Shown piece by piece: positions 1-12,100 of a stretch of DNA of 64,000 nucleotides (position 1 is its first letter; every line of letters begins with the position of its first letter). The notes below the pieces were generated by a model, which saw only the letters and a program-made list of their open reading frames with translations, had not been told where the DNA came from and made no database searches. A program made the position numbers and the translations under genes. Origin of the DNA: Tubiluchus corallicola (Eukaryota > Animalia > Priapulida); NCBI GenBank assembly GCA_030141605.1, contig JAQGDQ010002386.1, forward strand, positions 186,001 through 250,000, written 5' to 3'.

Positions 1-149
1 TGATCAGTGCAGGACATTCTTGTCCTCAGTGTGCAGTGTAGCAGTCATTCTACATATGTGTATGTAGTCTAATAAATGTTTCAGTTTTGTGCAGATATGT
101 GGTATAGTGTTTTATTCTTTTTCTACAAAGTGTTCAACTACAACTTCAT

Positions 150-660
150 ACAAGACTTTCACAAGTTCCAAAATGATTCAATATGCTGACGACACTAGCC
201 TCCTTTTTAATATTAATCAGTTCAATGCGCAAAACACAGACAAGATAAATGATGAACTCGAACAAATTCCTATGTGATTCAAAATTAATAAGCTTTCCCC
301 AAATCCGTCAAAAACTAAATACATTGTTTTTAGGTCGCGTTATAAAAATATTCTAAGTAATATTGACATCAACATAGCTCAGGTGCCCATAACATGAGTA
401 AATGAAATGAAATTTTTAGGTGTAATCATTAATGAATTTTTAGATTGGCAAGCACACATTAATAAGCTATGAGTTAAAATGTCTAAAAACATAGGAATTA
501 TTTAACATATAAAACAATATACTTCCAAAAAAACATATGATTTCACTATACAGTAGTCTTGTTTTGCCATATCTGACCTACTGTGCAATCCTGTGGGGTA
601 CAACGTATGCCAGTGTGTTAAACAGTATGACAACGCAAATGCAACCGTCAGATGTATAAC
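150..660 (+). mobile_element. Degenerate LINE (CR1/L2-like) reverse transcriptase C-terminal fragment
   Basis: QYADDTSL...INDEL...NKLSPNPSKTKYIVF...FLGVII..LDW.AHI with stops/frameshifts. Confidence 0.85.
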
Positions 661-1512
661 TTACGGAAAAGATTCCAGATAGGCAACAATTATTTCAATG
701 AAAACAGAATTTTATTATTTGATAATTTAGACAAATGATTAAAAATAGCCCTTCCGTTAAAAAATTTGAAGAAACATTTAAACTACAAAACTTCAACTTG
801 TATAGTACTTCATAGTTTTTTCCCTTCCTCTTAACCCAGTAAAGTTCATCCTCTGCAATATAATCATTATTTGTTATTTCAGTTCTAGGTTAATATACCA
901 TTGGCAGTCACAGCATGATGCTAGCCATGGCGTATTCGTATAACGTACGCAATTATTATTAATTATCATTTACTGAATTCATTATTACATATGATTGCAC
1001 GTCGGCACTATCATAATAACTATAATTCTCACATCTTTTTCTGTTCTTTTCTCGTTTTAACCATAACATTTTTTACTTATTCCTGTTCTACATGCTTTTG
1101 TATATAAATTCTCCTCCTTATTTCTATTTCACATTCAGCCATTCTTACATTTACAAGCTATTAGTATTAATAAGCTTCTTGCTGCAGTGGTGTTATCATG
1201 AATTGATACTAATATTTATAACTATATCCGTTAATTTCAACTAAATCACACAATGATGTACATTATATGTACGTAAAATGTATGTTACTAGTATGGTAAT
1301 TACTATTTATGTGAAATAAATAAGTAAAATTGAAAAAATAAATAAAATTGAAACTCTACGTTACCTCCTGCAAGAAAAGAACTAAACCAAGAAGATTAAA
1401 TCTCAAAAAGCTAAATAAATAACAGTAAACATCAAGCAAAAAAATAAACTCAATAGAAAGACGCGAGTTCATTAAAAAATGTATTAAAGAAATGTATCTA
1501 TTGTTCACTGAC

Positions 1513-1527
1513 CTGCATTGACGCCAT
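1513..1527 (-). CDS. Candidate first coding exon (MASMQ) of a - strand gene leaving the window to the left
   Basis: aagtATGGCG start context in a CpG-rich patch, CAG|gtcagt donor at 1512, strong acceptor 145 nt downstream at 1368. Confidence 0.35.
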
Positions 1528-1877
1528 ACTTTTTTGCTGTCAGCAGTGTGAATTTCGTCAACGCACCGCGTCGACAATCGTAACTCACAATTCCTTTATT
1601 CATTTAAAAACATAGAGGTATATACAATTATTTATGGCCGTTATAAACGAAATATTGATTTCCAAGAAAACTGTTACTCCGGGAATTATTTATTAATGAA
1701 GTTTTTAAATTTAGCTTAAAAACAAGATAGTGCTTTTTTGTTACGTGCATTGGTCATAATCGTGAAGAAGTCAAAGTCTCGAAAAATTGATGTGAAAAAA
1801 ACTTTTTGAGACTTAGTGGGCACTTTGACTTCTTTGCGATTATGTTTTCAAATTTATTAACAATGCAAAATATATAA

Positions 1878-2130
1878 TTATGCTGACAATAGGCCGTTAT
1901 AAGCAGGACAGAATGTGCTCCAAACATTAAACAAACTAGATTCTAATTGTAGCAAAGTGTTGAACTGGTTTGAAGATAATAGCATGAAAGCAAATTCAGA
2001 AAAATTCCACGTTGTTGCCATTGGAAATAAATCACAAGCACTAAATCTAAACTTCGACATTGACGCAAAAAATCAAAATTAATGTGACAATCAAATAAAA
2101 ATCTTGGGTACATGTTTGCAAAATCCAATA
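1878..2130 (+). mobile_element. Degenerate LINE RT fragment
   Basis: YADN...LNWFEDNSMKANSEKFH...KNLG on + strand. Confidence 0.7.
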
Positions 2131-2379
2131 TAAAAACAAGTAGAAGTCCTTCCTAACTGTAAGTAGAAGAATTGCAGCATAATTTATTATTTATATCATT
2201 CTTTCACCCTGTTAAAGGAAAAGCGGATAATTGTGTAAACATTAGTTCAGAATAAAGAATGCTCTAAAGTGATGAAAACTACAAAAGCTTTTTTTAAATC
2301 AAAGCTTAGATTAAATAATAATTACCTCGCATACTCAAATTTCGTTAAACTTTCAAAGCCACGCGCGGCTCAGTGATTC

Positions 2380-2630
2380 TTCTAAGATTGGCAGCGGCGC
2401 GTTTTTGTCACGTTAGCGTGGTCGATAAATAGAAGGCGGTACCATGGTAACAATGATCATGAACTACAGTGTTAGTTTCTCACGTCATATGGATGTAGAG
2501 CCCATTTTCGTGACATCATACGTTTAAGCAGTAACACTTACGCAAACGTGCTTAACGCGCAAGGGAGATGTCTGCCATTGCACAAACTGTATTAGTTTCT
2601 GACGTAAGCAATAGCTGCGTTCGGTTGCCG
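2380..2630. promoter_or_regulatory. CpG-rich promoter-like region with CCAAT (gattgg), RFX X-box-like GGTACCATGGTAAC (2438-2451) and CRE-like cacgtca/tgacgtaa sites
   Basis: Motif cluster and CpG enrichment in AT-rich background; - strand donor GAG|gtaatt at 2325 suggests an exon issuing leftwards. Confidence 0.4.
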
Positions 2631-4165
2631 TTAATTAACTTTCTAAGCTAATTATTCAAATATAAGAAACATTTGCTAACTTTGTAGGCAAGAAAATGTG
2701 TATTTTGGACAGTAAATTAAAATGAGATTGAGTCTAAACAATCGTCCAGCCTTCCTTTAAAGTTTAATTACTGTCTGCCTGTATGGCATTTTAGTAGTTA
2801 CGCAGTAACGAACAAACGTGAAAAAATTTAAGAAAGGGCACTGAGATTTACCTACAGTGATTATGCCTTAAGTTATGAAACATGCTAAACAAATTTAAAA
2901 ATTCGTTAATTCTTTGCGTATAAGAACTTTAGCCTTAGAAATATTTAAAATTCTAAACAAAGAAGGAGCTAGCTACTTATACGACCTGATGGCAATTAAA
3001 GAATCTAAGTATTCATTCCGATATATTAAAATTACAAATGTACCACGCATCAAATGCACTAAATACGGCTAAACTCTGCGACATTCTGCCGCAGTTCGCG
3101 GAATCAATTGCCAAACGATAAGCGAAATGCTTAATGTAGTTATGAACTTATGGTATGTTTCAAAATATAAATTCGTGGAAAGATGACGAATATAAATGTA
3201 CTGCATGTCGCAGAAATTGAAAATTTTATGGTTCTGATTAAGCTGTACTTCCAAACTATGAACTGTTTTCGAATGTGATTTTAACTCGATTAATTAAAGG
3301 CGTTGATTTTAGCATCTAAGTTAGCATTTATGATTTTAAAGTCTGCTAGGATCCAAAGTGTTTTATTGTAGCAGTATAATTGTAAAATCTTTTTATCGCC
3401 TAAGCACTATTTTTACTAGTAGACTGGCTTTGTAATATATGTCGGCTTAAAAGTTATTAGGAGTTAGTGTTTTTTGTGTTTATGTAAAACCCGACTTTAA
3501 ATAAAATTTGATTTATTTTGATTGATTTGAGAACGTACGTATTATCACGTCCGGTATTAACTTAGCGCTAGGCCGTTCGACTGCTAATACACAGTGTGCA
3601 CACTCATGTGTCATCATAAATATAATAGCAGCAAATAAATGCGGTGAAATGTTTTTTTTCGCACTCCGCAACAATGTGAGGTTATATCTATTAGGAAGCC
3701 CTTGCATCTCAGCAATGTACTTAGGCACGGAACTTAACGACTTGGGTTACCAGTATAAAAGCACTACGCTGTTTGGTGCAATTAGTCTGTATGTATAATT
3801 AGTCTGTACGGAAAAATAGTCTAGCATAGACTAATTTTAAAGGGGACAGGTCATTTTGGCGCGGCCGTTTGGGCGCCCGCCCACTTGGGCGCGAGACATT
3901 TCGGCACAAGAATCGACGCACACTACGCTTGAATAATTTCTGTGTCGCACTACAACACGTGATGCTTATAGCTGGCCTATTAGGTGAAACCTCTTTGTTT
4001 CTTTAGTCGCAGACTAATTTTTTCAATGTACCTAAAGTTTTTGTAAACGAATAAACAATTATTTTCGTGAATACGATCATGTAATTGACATTAGAAATAA
4101 TTAAAACACTCACCATGTGCAAAAACCTGCTGTTTTTAAAGCTTATTAAAAACTCTTACAACTCG

Positions 4166-4292
4166 AAAGTTAAATTACATTACATTAAGATGCACTGAAG
4201 TTTAAAATTACAATTAAATTATATTACATTAAAACGACTTTACAAAACATTAATTAAGAAAGACTGAAGTTTAAATTACATTACATTTAAAA
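4166..4292. repeat. Degenerate tandem repeat (gaagttaaattacattacattaa x3)
   Basis: Direct reading. Confidence 0.6.
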
Positions 4293-5092
4293 GACAATAA
4301 TTTACGTGAATATTAACCTCATTAAAATCCATTATTATAATAATCTCGTGTCACAGTGTATACAGTAATAATGAAGTTACTGATAATTAAAAAGTGCAGA
4401 GGTATAAAACTTAGACTGTGAAGAGGCTTAATCTTGAAAGTGATAATTATGTATATTTGCGTTATAACGATGCGTTATAACGTTATGTCAGCGTTCAGAT
4501 TACAACTGTCCTGCTACGTTCTGTTAACTTTATCAATGTATGATACTGTGTAAATAATTATCGGAGTTAACAAGATAGGAAAATTTCAAATTGACAAGAA
4601 CGTGTGGAAGGCAAAGTTGAACACCAGTTAAACCATAAGTATACCACAGGTTAAGACTCAGCATTAGTTGACTTAAATTTCAAAAGCTTTTCAATACAAT
4701 ATAGGCGATACACCCTAAAACATATTATGAAAGAAATCTACTTAGATCTTTTCGTATAAGCATTAAACACCTGAATGTGTCAATTTTGTATGATATTGTT
4801 TAAAACCTACTTCGTAAGCAATGTGCAAAAGCACACCTGTTTCATACAGCCAGTGAGTATTAAAAATTGTTCATGTTGCTGTTGGCATTAAACAACTAGC
4901 CTACTGTATTGTCTTACGTAAAGATTTAGTTCATTTTATTCTTTGTAATCGTTAAACATATCGACAGACTGTATTTAGTCAGTTTTCTTCTATTAAATTT
5001 CTTAGACGTTTATTGAGTAAAGGTCTAAAATAGAAAACTCATTTTTTTCTTCTCCTGCAGGACACACCATTTTCTGTAGGGAGGGTGTGCAC

Positions 5093-5570
5093 TGTAACAA
5101 TACCATAGATATGGTTTGTTTAGATAAAAGATCTTGGTGATTGCTTAGGAGGGTTCTGCATTCGAGACTGTCATGCTGCTCTGATCTTCTTTTTTCACTT
5201 CTTCAGTTTTGTCACTAAGTGCAGGTTGCATATACAAGCTAAATTCTTCACGCCATTTTTTCCATGCTTGTGACAGATTGCGTGATTCGAAGTTTAGTGC
5301 GTTAGGTGGTTTTAGCTGATTCATAGTTCTCTACAAATTTGCCGTCCGAATAAATACTCAAAACAACTAGTTCACTTCTGACACCATGTTACACGCTACA
5401 ATAATATTAGCAACCAGACAAATGCGTGCATAATAAAGTAGTATTTATTAAACTAATTAGGAACTTAAACAAAGAAGATCAGAGCAGCATGGCAGTCTCG
5501 AATGCAGAACACTCCTAAGCAATCACCAAGATCTTTTATCTACACAAACCATATCTATGGTATTGTTACA
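5093..5570. mobile_element. Non-autonomous TIR element (MITE), TGT...ACA termini, 100-bp TIRs, 5-bp TSD (Ginger-like)
   Basis: 5093-5192 and 5471-5570 are inverted repeats with 3 mismatches; flanked by direct repeat TGCAC (5088-5092, 5571-5575). Confidence 0.9.
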
Positions 5571-7239
5571 TGCACTAGCCATTGTACTAGCATGGAATGG
5601 CTTTATTAGTTCAGTAGCAGTTCGGCCCATAGAATGGCCACTATGAGAGATGCAAGACACGTCGGCTAGTTTTGTTTCTCTCTAAATTTATTTTTTAATC
5701 TTTGCATTTTCTATTCTGTTCTTGAACAATTTCTACAATTCTACAACAACAACTCTACTACAAATAGACGATAAAAAGTTAACAGCACTGGAGAAACCAG
5801 TGCAAAGCAAGAGTTGGAGCCGGATTCGCGAAAAATTGATTGGATCTCGATTATATTAAAAACAGGATGTCATGCGTAAATGATCTGATAAGCTCATTTT
5901 AAAATACCAAAATTTTTCAGTGTTGCGGGACTAGGTTTCGCTCTGTTTGCGTTCAAACTTTCACTTACTCAAGGACACAGAATATACGCTCTGAATGTTA
6001 TTTTGAAGTCACTTTAAAGCAGACACCTCTGTAAATCAAAACGTAATTTTACCTGCATGAAATTCACAAATCCTACTTTCTGAGTGACTTAAATTTAAAT
6101 ACTTATCTGTTTTACCTGCGCAATATAATACAAGTGATGCATTCTGAATCCCCTCTTGAGTTCAGTGGTTGCTGCGATAGTTTAAGCACCATACAGGACA
6201 AGACTGCTTCTATCCTCCCAAGACTTGTCATCCGACTGTTTCAGGCGCCAATGTGAAGGTTTGATAACACCTCAACGATAGATTGCTCTCTATGTTTTGT
6301 GTCTAATCTAGTCAGCTATTCAGTTTAATCATAAAGGTTTACTCACATGCAAAACGTTAACAGTTTGTAGATTTCAAATCTTACCCATTTTAATTTGGCA
6401 ATAATTAGTAACTGAGTCAATCATTTTAGTTGGCGTGGGTAGCTCTTTTAAAGCTGGTTTAATGTGTCCCAGTTGTTTGGTCTGCATGGTAGTTTATCTT
6501 CAGGATGAGGTATTCGGACCGAGATCTCTCATCAACCAATAATTCTGGTTCAATCCGTTTACTCATTACTGCATACCAGTTCTAACACTAGTGTTGCGAA
6601 GGTGGCCACGAGGTCCAGAGTTCAAATCATATCATTCAAACAATGTTGAGTTGTAGTTGAGAAATCAACTCAAATTCAAAAAAGTTAAACAGAAAATTAA
6701 AATGAGAGCTAGCCAGAACCTTTTCCTGCGTTTCTCATGCTGATCATAATTACAGAGCAGGTGCTTTGATGGTACATGCTCCCACACACATATCCATTTG
6801 TGCACTAAACCGTATTCCATACCATGTAGCTACTATTATAGCTGCTATGTAGTGCTGATATGGAATGGTTTCCCAATAAGTTGAATCATCAGAATGTGAG
6901 GTTGGGGTGAAAATAAATGACCTTTCGTTCAGCAGTAACAATGTAACAACGTTGTAAATATCCTCAAATTGTATGAACATCGTGTGTATGATACCTGCTG
7001 ACTGTCTTAATGAATGTATAGGCCTAGTATACTGATTTGGAATTGCATGTGGTGAAAAGAAGATTACAAGTAGAGGTCGTGAGTCTGGGACAGAGCCAGG
7101 ATTCTAACACGATTGTCCGATTTTAGTAAAAAGTACAAATTTGAGGATTCATTGACGATGCGCACTTTGGAATTCCATAATCCGCTCTGGCAAATCACAA
7201 CGTTTGCAGTGCGCCAGGCTGGTGAAGAGTTTAAATGCG

Positions 7240-7285
7240 AAAAAGAAACTTCCGTGTTTTTCAAGATGGTGGCAGTTTCGCGGAT
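7240..7285 (+). promoter_or_regulatory. Probable LRRFIP promoter/TSS region (ETS-like ACTTCCG plus YY1-like CAAGATGGTGGC)
   Basis: Locally CpG-richer segment with ETS and YY1-like motifs adjacent, ~1.8 kb upstream of the first coding exon, which itself begins with an acceptor (so a 5'UTR exon must lie upstream). Confidence 0.4.
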
Positions 7286-8088
7286 CAAAAGTTGCTAAAG
7301 TTTGTTTGCGACTTCGTGTATTATTGATTATCGGCTCTGCAGCTACTAAAATAGAATTGGTTTTAAGAACATTGAATGCTTTGATTATCTGCGATTGTAC
7401 TGAACACGGTTTAGAGTTTTAGAAAAAGGTGTGTAAGACTAACAGTCTAGATAAGTTGACTCACTGTTGGAAGTTTGATGGGTCCACGATGGCATGCCAT
7501 TAGCAGTGCTTTAGTGCAGATTTGCAAACCAGAATTATTTTTAAGATAGCAGATACATTTAGATAGTACTCGCACGACAATGATTAGTTAGGCCGTCAAT
7601 AAAATCTCTTGTTTCATTGATGTATTGAGAACATATCACCCCAAGTTACATTGGCACTGTATAAAACAACGAACTTCACACGATCGTAGACTCTGCTATT
7701 TTTTCTCTTGTGTCAGGTTCTAGTAGGAGACAGCACACAATAAACAACAATGCAACGAAATTGTAAGGCAAAACTTTCTTTGTTAGAACTGTATTGCTTT
7801 TGATTTTTGTTGGTGCATTGCAGTAAAAATGTAATTATAATTAAATTTTGGTAATGGTTTTGTGCAATTGTATCGTGCTCTCTTAGAAACAAGACCAAAA
7901 CTCATGAATTATAATGTAGGATAGATGTGGAATGTACAGATACAGTCTTAACTGGTGTTAGTGTTGAAATTTGCAAAACACCGAGTGTGTGTAATTGACA
8001 TTTACAAACAATGTATTGTCATTAGCATTAATTAATGTCAATTTTTACATTTGTACCACATTTAATTGAATTTTGATATTGATCCTTA

Positions 8089-8286
8089 GTGCTAGATGCT
8101 GTTGTTTGTTCGGAAGTTTAAGTTTCTTAAATTCTTAATAATGCTTTAAGTGTCTTAACAAAGTGTAGGCTATTCTGTCTGCTATTTGGTGCTAGATGCT
8201 ATTGTTTGTTTGGAAGTTTGAGTTTCTTAAATTCTTAATAATTCTTATGTGTCTTAACAAAGTGTAGCTATTCTGTCTGCTATTTG
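8089..8286. repeat. Tandem duplication, 2 copies of ~100 bp
   Basis: gtgctagatgct...ctgctatttg at 8089-8188 and 8189-8286. Confidence 0.9.
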
Positions 8287-9085
8287 GGTGTTGATTTATT
8301 CTCCTTTGTAATGAGAGTAGTATAGACCAGGTTTCCCCGTCAAGGAGCCTTTGTAGTTGCTGCTTAATAACTGATGTTGTGTACGTATTTTTTCTTACTA
8401 TTGCACAGTTGTGAAATTAGCTATTAGTGGGTATTAATAGCTAATTTTTGGGGAGCCATGTAGCTGCCATGAGTTAGATGCATTTTCTAATTTCGTGCAC
8501 ATCAGCTTTGTTTAGCAAGTATTATTTCCTCACTCGGCGATGAGGCTTTGTGGAAGAGCATGCGCTCATGGCAGGTCAGCCATGATTAGTGAAATTATAT
8601 TGTTAAATAAATGTTCTGTATACTTTTCCCACTAGTTTTTGCATTTTTTTGACCACCAGTGAATGCCTATTTACTACCTCAATGAGTCAGTGAATTGCCA
8701 TTGCAGTTAAACTGTTTATAGTGATTTCTATTAGTAGTAATATTTAAGTGCATATGTATGTTTTTAGGTAAATATGTTTGAAGTTGCTATCACAACTGTT
8801 ATTGATTACCAAATATCAACTGTTTGCTCAGAGTATCCATTCTGTTACTGCTAATCCCTGGACATTCCTAGATGCACATTAGGTGCTCATAAATGCAGTT
8901 TTTCCCTCAGGGGTCTTTTTATCTGTACATGGAAATCTCTACCAAAAAAATTTCCCCTTACATTGAATACTGAAATACTAAATGGCATGTATAACTATTT
9001 TCATTTATTTATTACAGAATGTTTTGAAAGCTATGTAATGCCTCGGAATACATTACAAAACTGGTTGCATTAATTTTTTTTCAGA

Positions 9086-9190
9086 ATGTCGAATTCTTCA
9101 CCATCTAGTTCTACGCCTGGCAGTGGCAGACGAAGAGGGGACCGCCAGTACGCAGCAGAAGATGATGCACTTAGCAAAATAACTAAAGAG
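9086..9190 (+). CDS. LRRFIP2: LRRFIP first coding exon (short isoform) MSNSSPSSSTPGSGRRRGDRQYAAEDDALSKITKE
   Basis: Acceptor tttttttcag at 9083-84, ATG 9086, donor GAG|gtaaga at 9191; matches LRRFIP2 N-terminus pattern (GTPASGRKR...AEDEALSNIARE). Confidence 0.9.
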
Positions 9191-12100
9191 GTAAGAACGT
9201 CTTCTTTCTTGAGATAAACTGATTCAAATTAGATTTGCTACTGTTGTTGGTCTGCTTACAGTTAAATTCACTCATAATGCCCTATGCACACCATTACGTA
9301 ACATGGAACACAGTTTTAAATAATTAAGAAATCAAGCTAGAATAATGTGTGGGACATTCAGAATTTTTTTCTGATTAAATGCATTGGCATTACATTACTC
9401 ACAGAATTAGGCTTAGAAGACTATAGAGGCATGCTTATCCAGGCCTGGCTTAGTTTTATCCATCAGTTGGAACTTTATTAGTTGATAAAGTTTGACCTGC
9501 ATCAAGTATTATTTGCATTTTACCGTTTACTTACTGAACTGCAGCAAAAAAATTGGTTAAACTTGCATATCAACAGCTGGGATTGAAGTGATAGTGACAG
9601 TTGATAATTTTCTGGTGGTTGGATGACTTGTGAAATTTGAAGTTTGACAATCAAACTAAAATCGTGTGCTTGTGCCATCTCTAACAACTCTTGCAGTTGT
9701 GGATTAGCCTCTTATCAGCGTCAGCTAAGGATGCTTGGTGATTGCTCATTCGATGGTTTGGTTAGCTATATCAGTCCTATATACATATATAAAGTAAACC
9801 TAGTTTTAATCAGAATACGTTTCATTGTATATTACTTACATATTATTTTTAGTAATATTATAAATTTGTTAATTGGCTTTAGTAGGCGACTAGTATTTTC
9901 ATAATTTGTATTGTTTAGCAGATCTATAACATAGTTGTTTCTGTCTTAGAAGTTGTGAGTTCAATAAAAATGTCATCTGTCATTATCCTACTGGTGTGTG
10001 ACATTAAAGATAAAATTGGAGTAATAATAATCACTGTCATGTAGTTGTAATTCCTTATTTACACTCAACGGTTACAAGTAATGTCATATTTTTCTAGTAT
10101 GCTTTCGCAATGGAATGAACTTAACGAATTTTTTTTATAAAAGATAGCCTACGAAAATGAAGTAAGTTTAAAAAAATTTTAATCAAACCTTTGTAGCACA
10201 TTTTATAGTATTTAAAACATGTGTACTTATTGTCTGATTAGGTAGAATTTGTAAAATTATGCTAATTTAGTTACTCATACGAGAATAACTGCTTTCCAGT
10301 TAGATGATTTGTACTGTAAATAATTTTCGACCCAAAGTTATCAAGGTTTAAATAAGCCGTTTTACAGTTCCATGATGATGATTGATGATGATTGTGAAAA
10401 CGTCAAAGGTTAAGCATACCAGACAAAGCATTTGTGTATACTTTACAACACCTCGCAGCCTAAGCTAATGTAATAAGTACTAAGAGTTTTAACAGATAGC
10501 TAGATCCGTACCTAGTTCATTTTTTGTAATGTATAATTAAGCAAAGTCCATGTAAAATAACTGAAGTTACTGAACTGATGCAGCAGAGCTTTGCTTTACC
10601 CACAGGTCATGTGACCATTATAATTAAGACGCGTTGCTGTGGTACACTTAACTTTTGACCTGCAGTAACTGTGTGTGCACACAACGTAGCTGTGAAAAGG
10701 CTTATTAATAAAGCACACTTTTCAAAATTGTCAACTGTGTCATTTTTTGCATCAATTTTCAAACTATATTATTTAACTGTTTAAGTGGATGCAAATTAAT
10801 GCTTGTTTTGAGCATGTAGGTTGGATGTTTCTATATTTGAGCTAAAAGATTTGGGTGGAACGTTAATAAAATAAAACACTCAAGTTAGCAAATTTGTAGG
10901 TATTTTTGAATACATATATTAAGCATACAAACCGATGAAGGTTAGTAGATTATTTTACTGTTTACTGAGGGAAGTGCTGAAGTGTCTGTAGATTTATATT
11001 GTATTTGCTTTAGATTTTCGCTTAAAGGCCTTTTCTTTTGTTTTTACTAAGATACAGTAAAACATGAGCATTTGTATAATGTTGCATTGTTATTGACCTG
11101 TTGTTTGCTTTCTATGCCAGCAGCTTTGCTTTCTATAAATTTTAATAATGGTCTGGCCATAAAGTTATTCCTGGGTAGCTGTAGTTTATTTGATAAGATT
11201 TGAGTCTTGTTACTGAAACTTTGTTGTAAGATTGTTGTATGAGACAAATAAATTCCGTTCCGTTCAAGTTCAGTTCTGCCCTTTGGTTTCGGTATTGTTT
11301 ATTTTACTTTCAGTTTCTTGCATAAACGCATGTAATATAAAATTGCCGGCCAACTTTTGAATTATTATGTTGTTTTTCTTCACATGGTAAAAACACCATT
11401 TTCACCAATAGATTGTCATGTATTAGTAGAAATGTAGTTGTAATCAAATTCATTCTCTGCACCTGGGTTACATATGCATCCATTTTAAAATGCTGACCCC
11501 TCTATGGGTTTAGTTGTGTCACTCGTCTAGCCGTCCTCTTGTATTCAGACAGTGTTACAAGCATCTAGGTTGCACAGCGATCAGATTTGCAAAAGATTTG
11601 GTAATCGTTCAACCGCCTGCACCTACCTACCTTTGTGAGTGCTTGGTTCTGCGCATTAGCTACCAATACCTGTATTTTAATCTATACCTTATCGTAGCGC
11701 TTATCTTAGCTGTTTACATTGACCTGTTTTCGGTGTTCACAGTAGCATTTGCTCTCGGAGGCTAGTCAGTTGACATCACATCCTGCGATACCGGATGGGA
11801 GCTTTCTTCCTTACTTTCCAGTAAATTAACAGAGTTAAAAGTGGTTTGTGCGGTTTAGCAATTGACGCGTGAGTCTGTTTAATAGATTTCTAACTTTGCA
11901 TTGGAGATGACCAAGTTCTGAAAGCGGAACCAAGTAAAAAATGTGCCTCAGGCAAACGGGTTAATTGCAATGTGTACATAATATCCCAGTGTAAGCAAGT
12001 TATGCCTCACAGATCAGGTCACATGTGTATGAGTTTAAGCTCTCAATGTACACGTCAATGCGCTGACGATTAAACTCTTCTCGTTGTTGGGATTGTCTTG

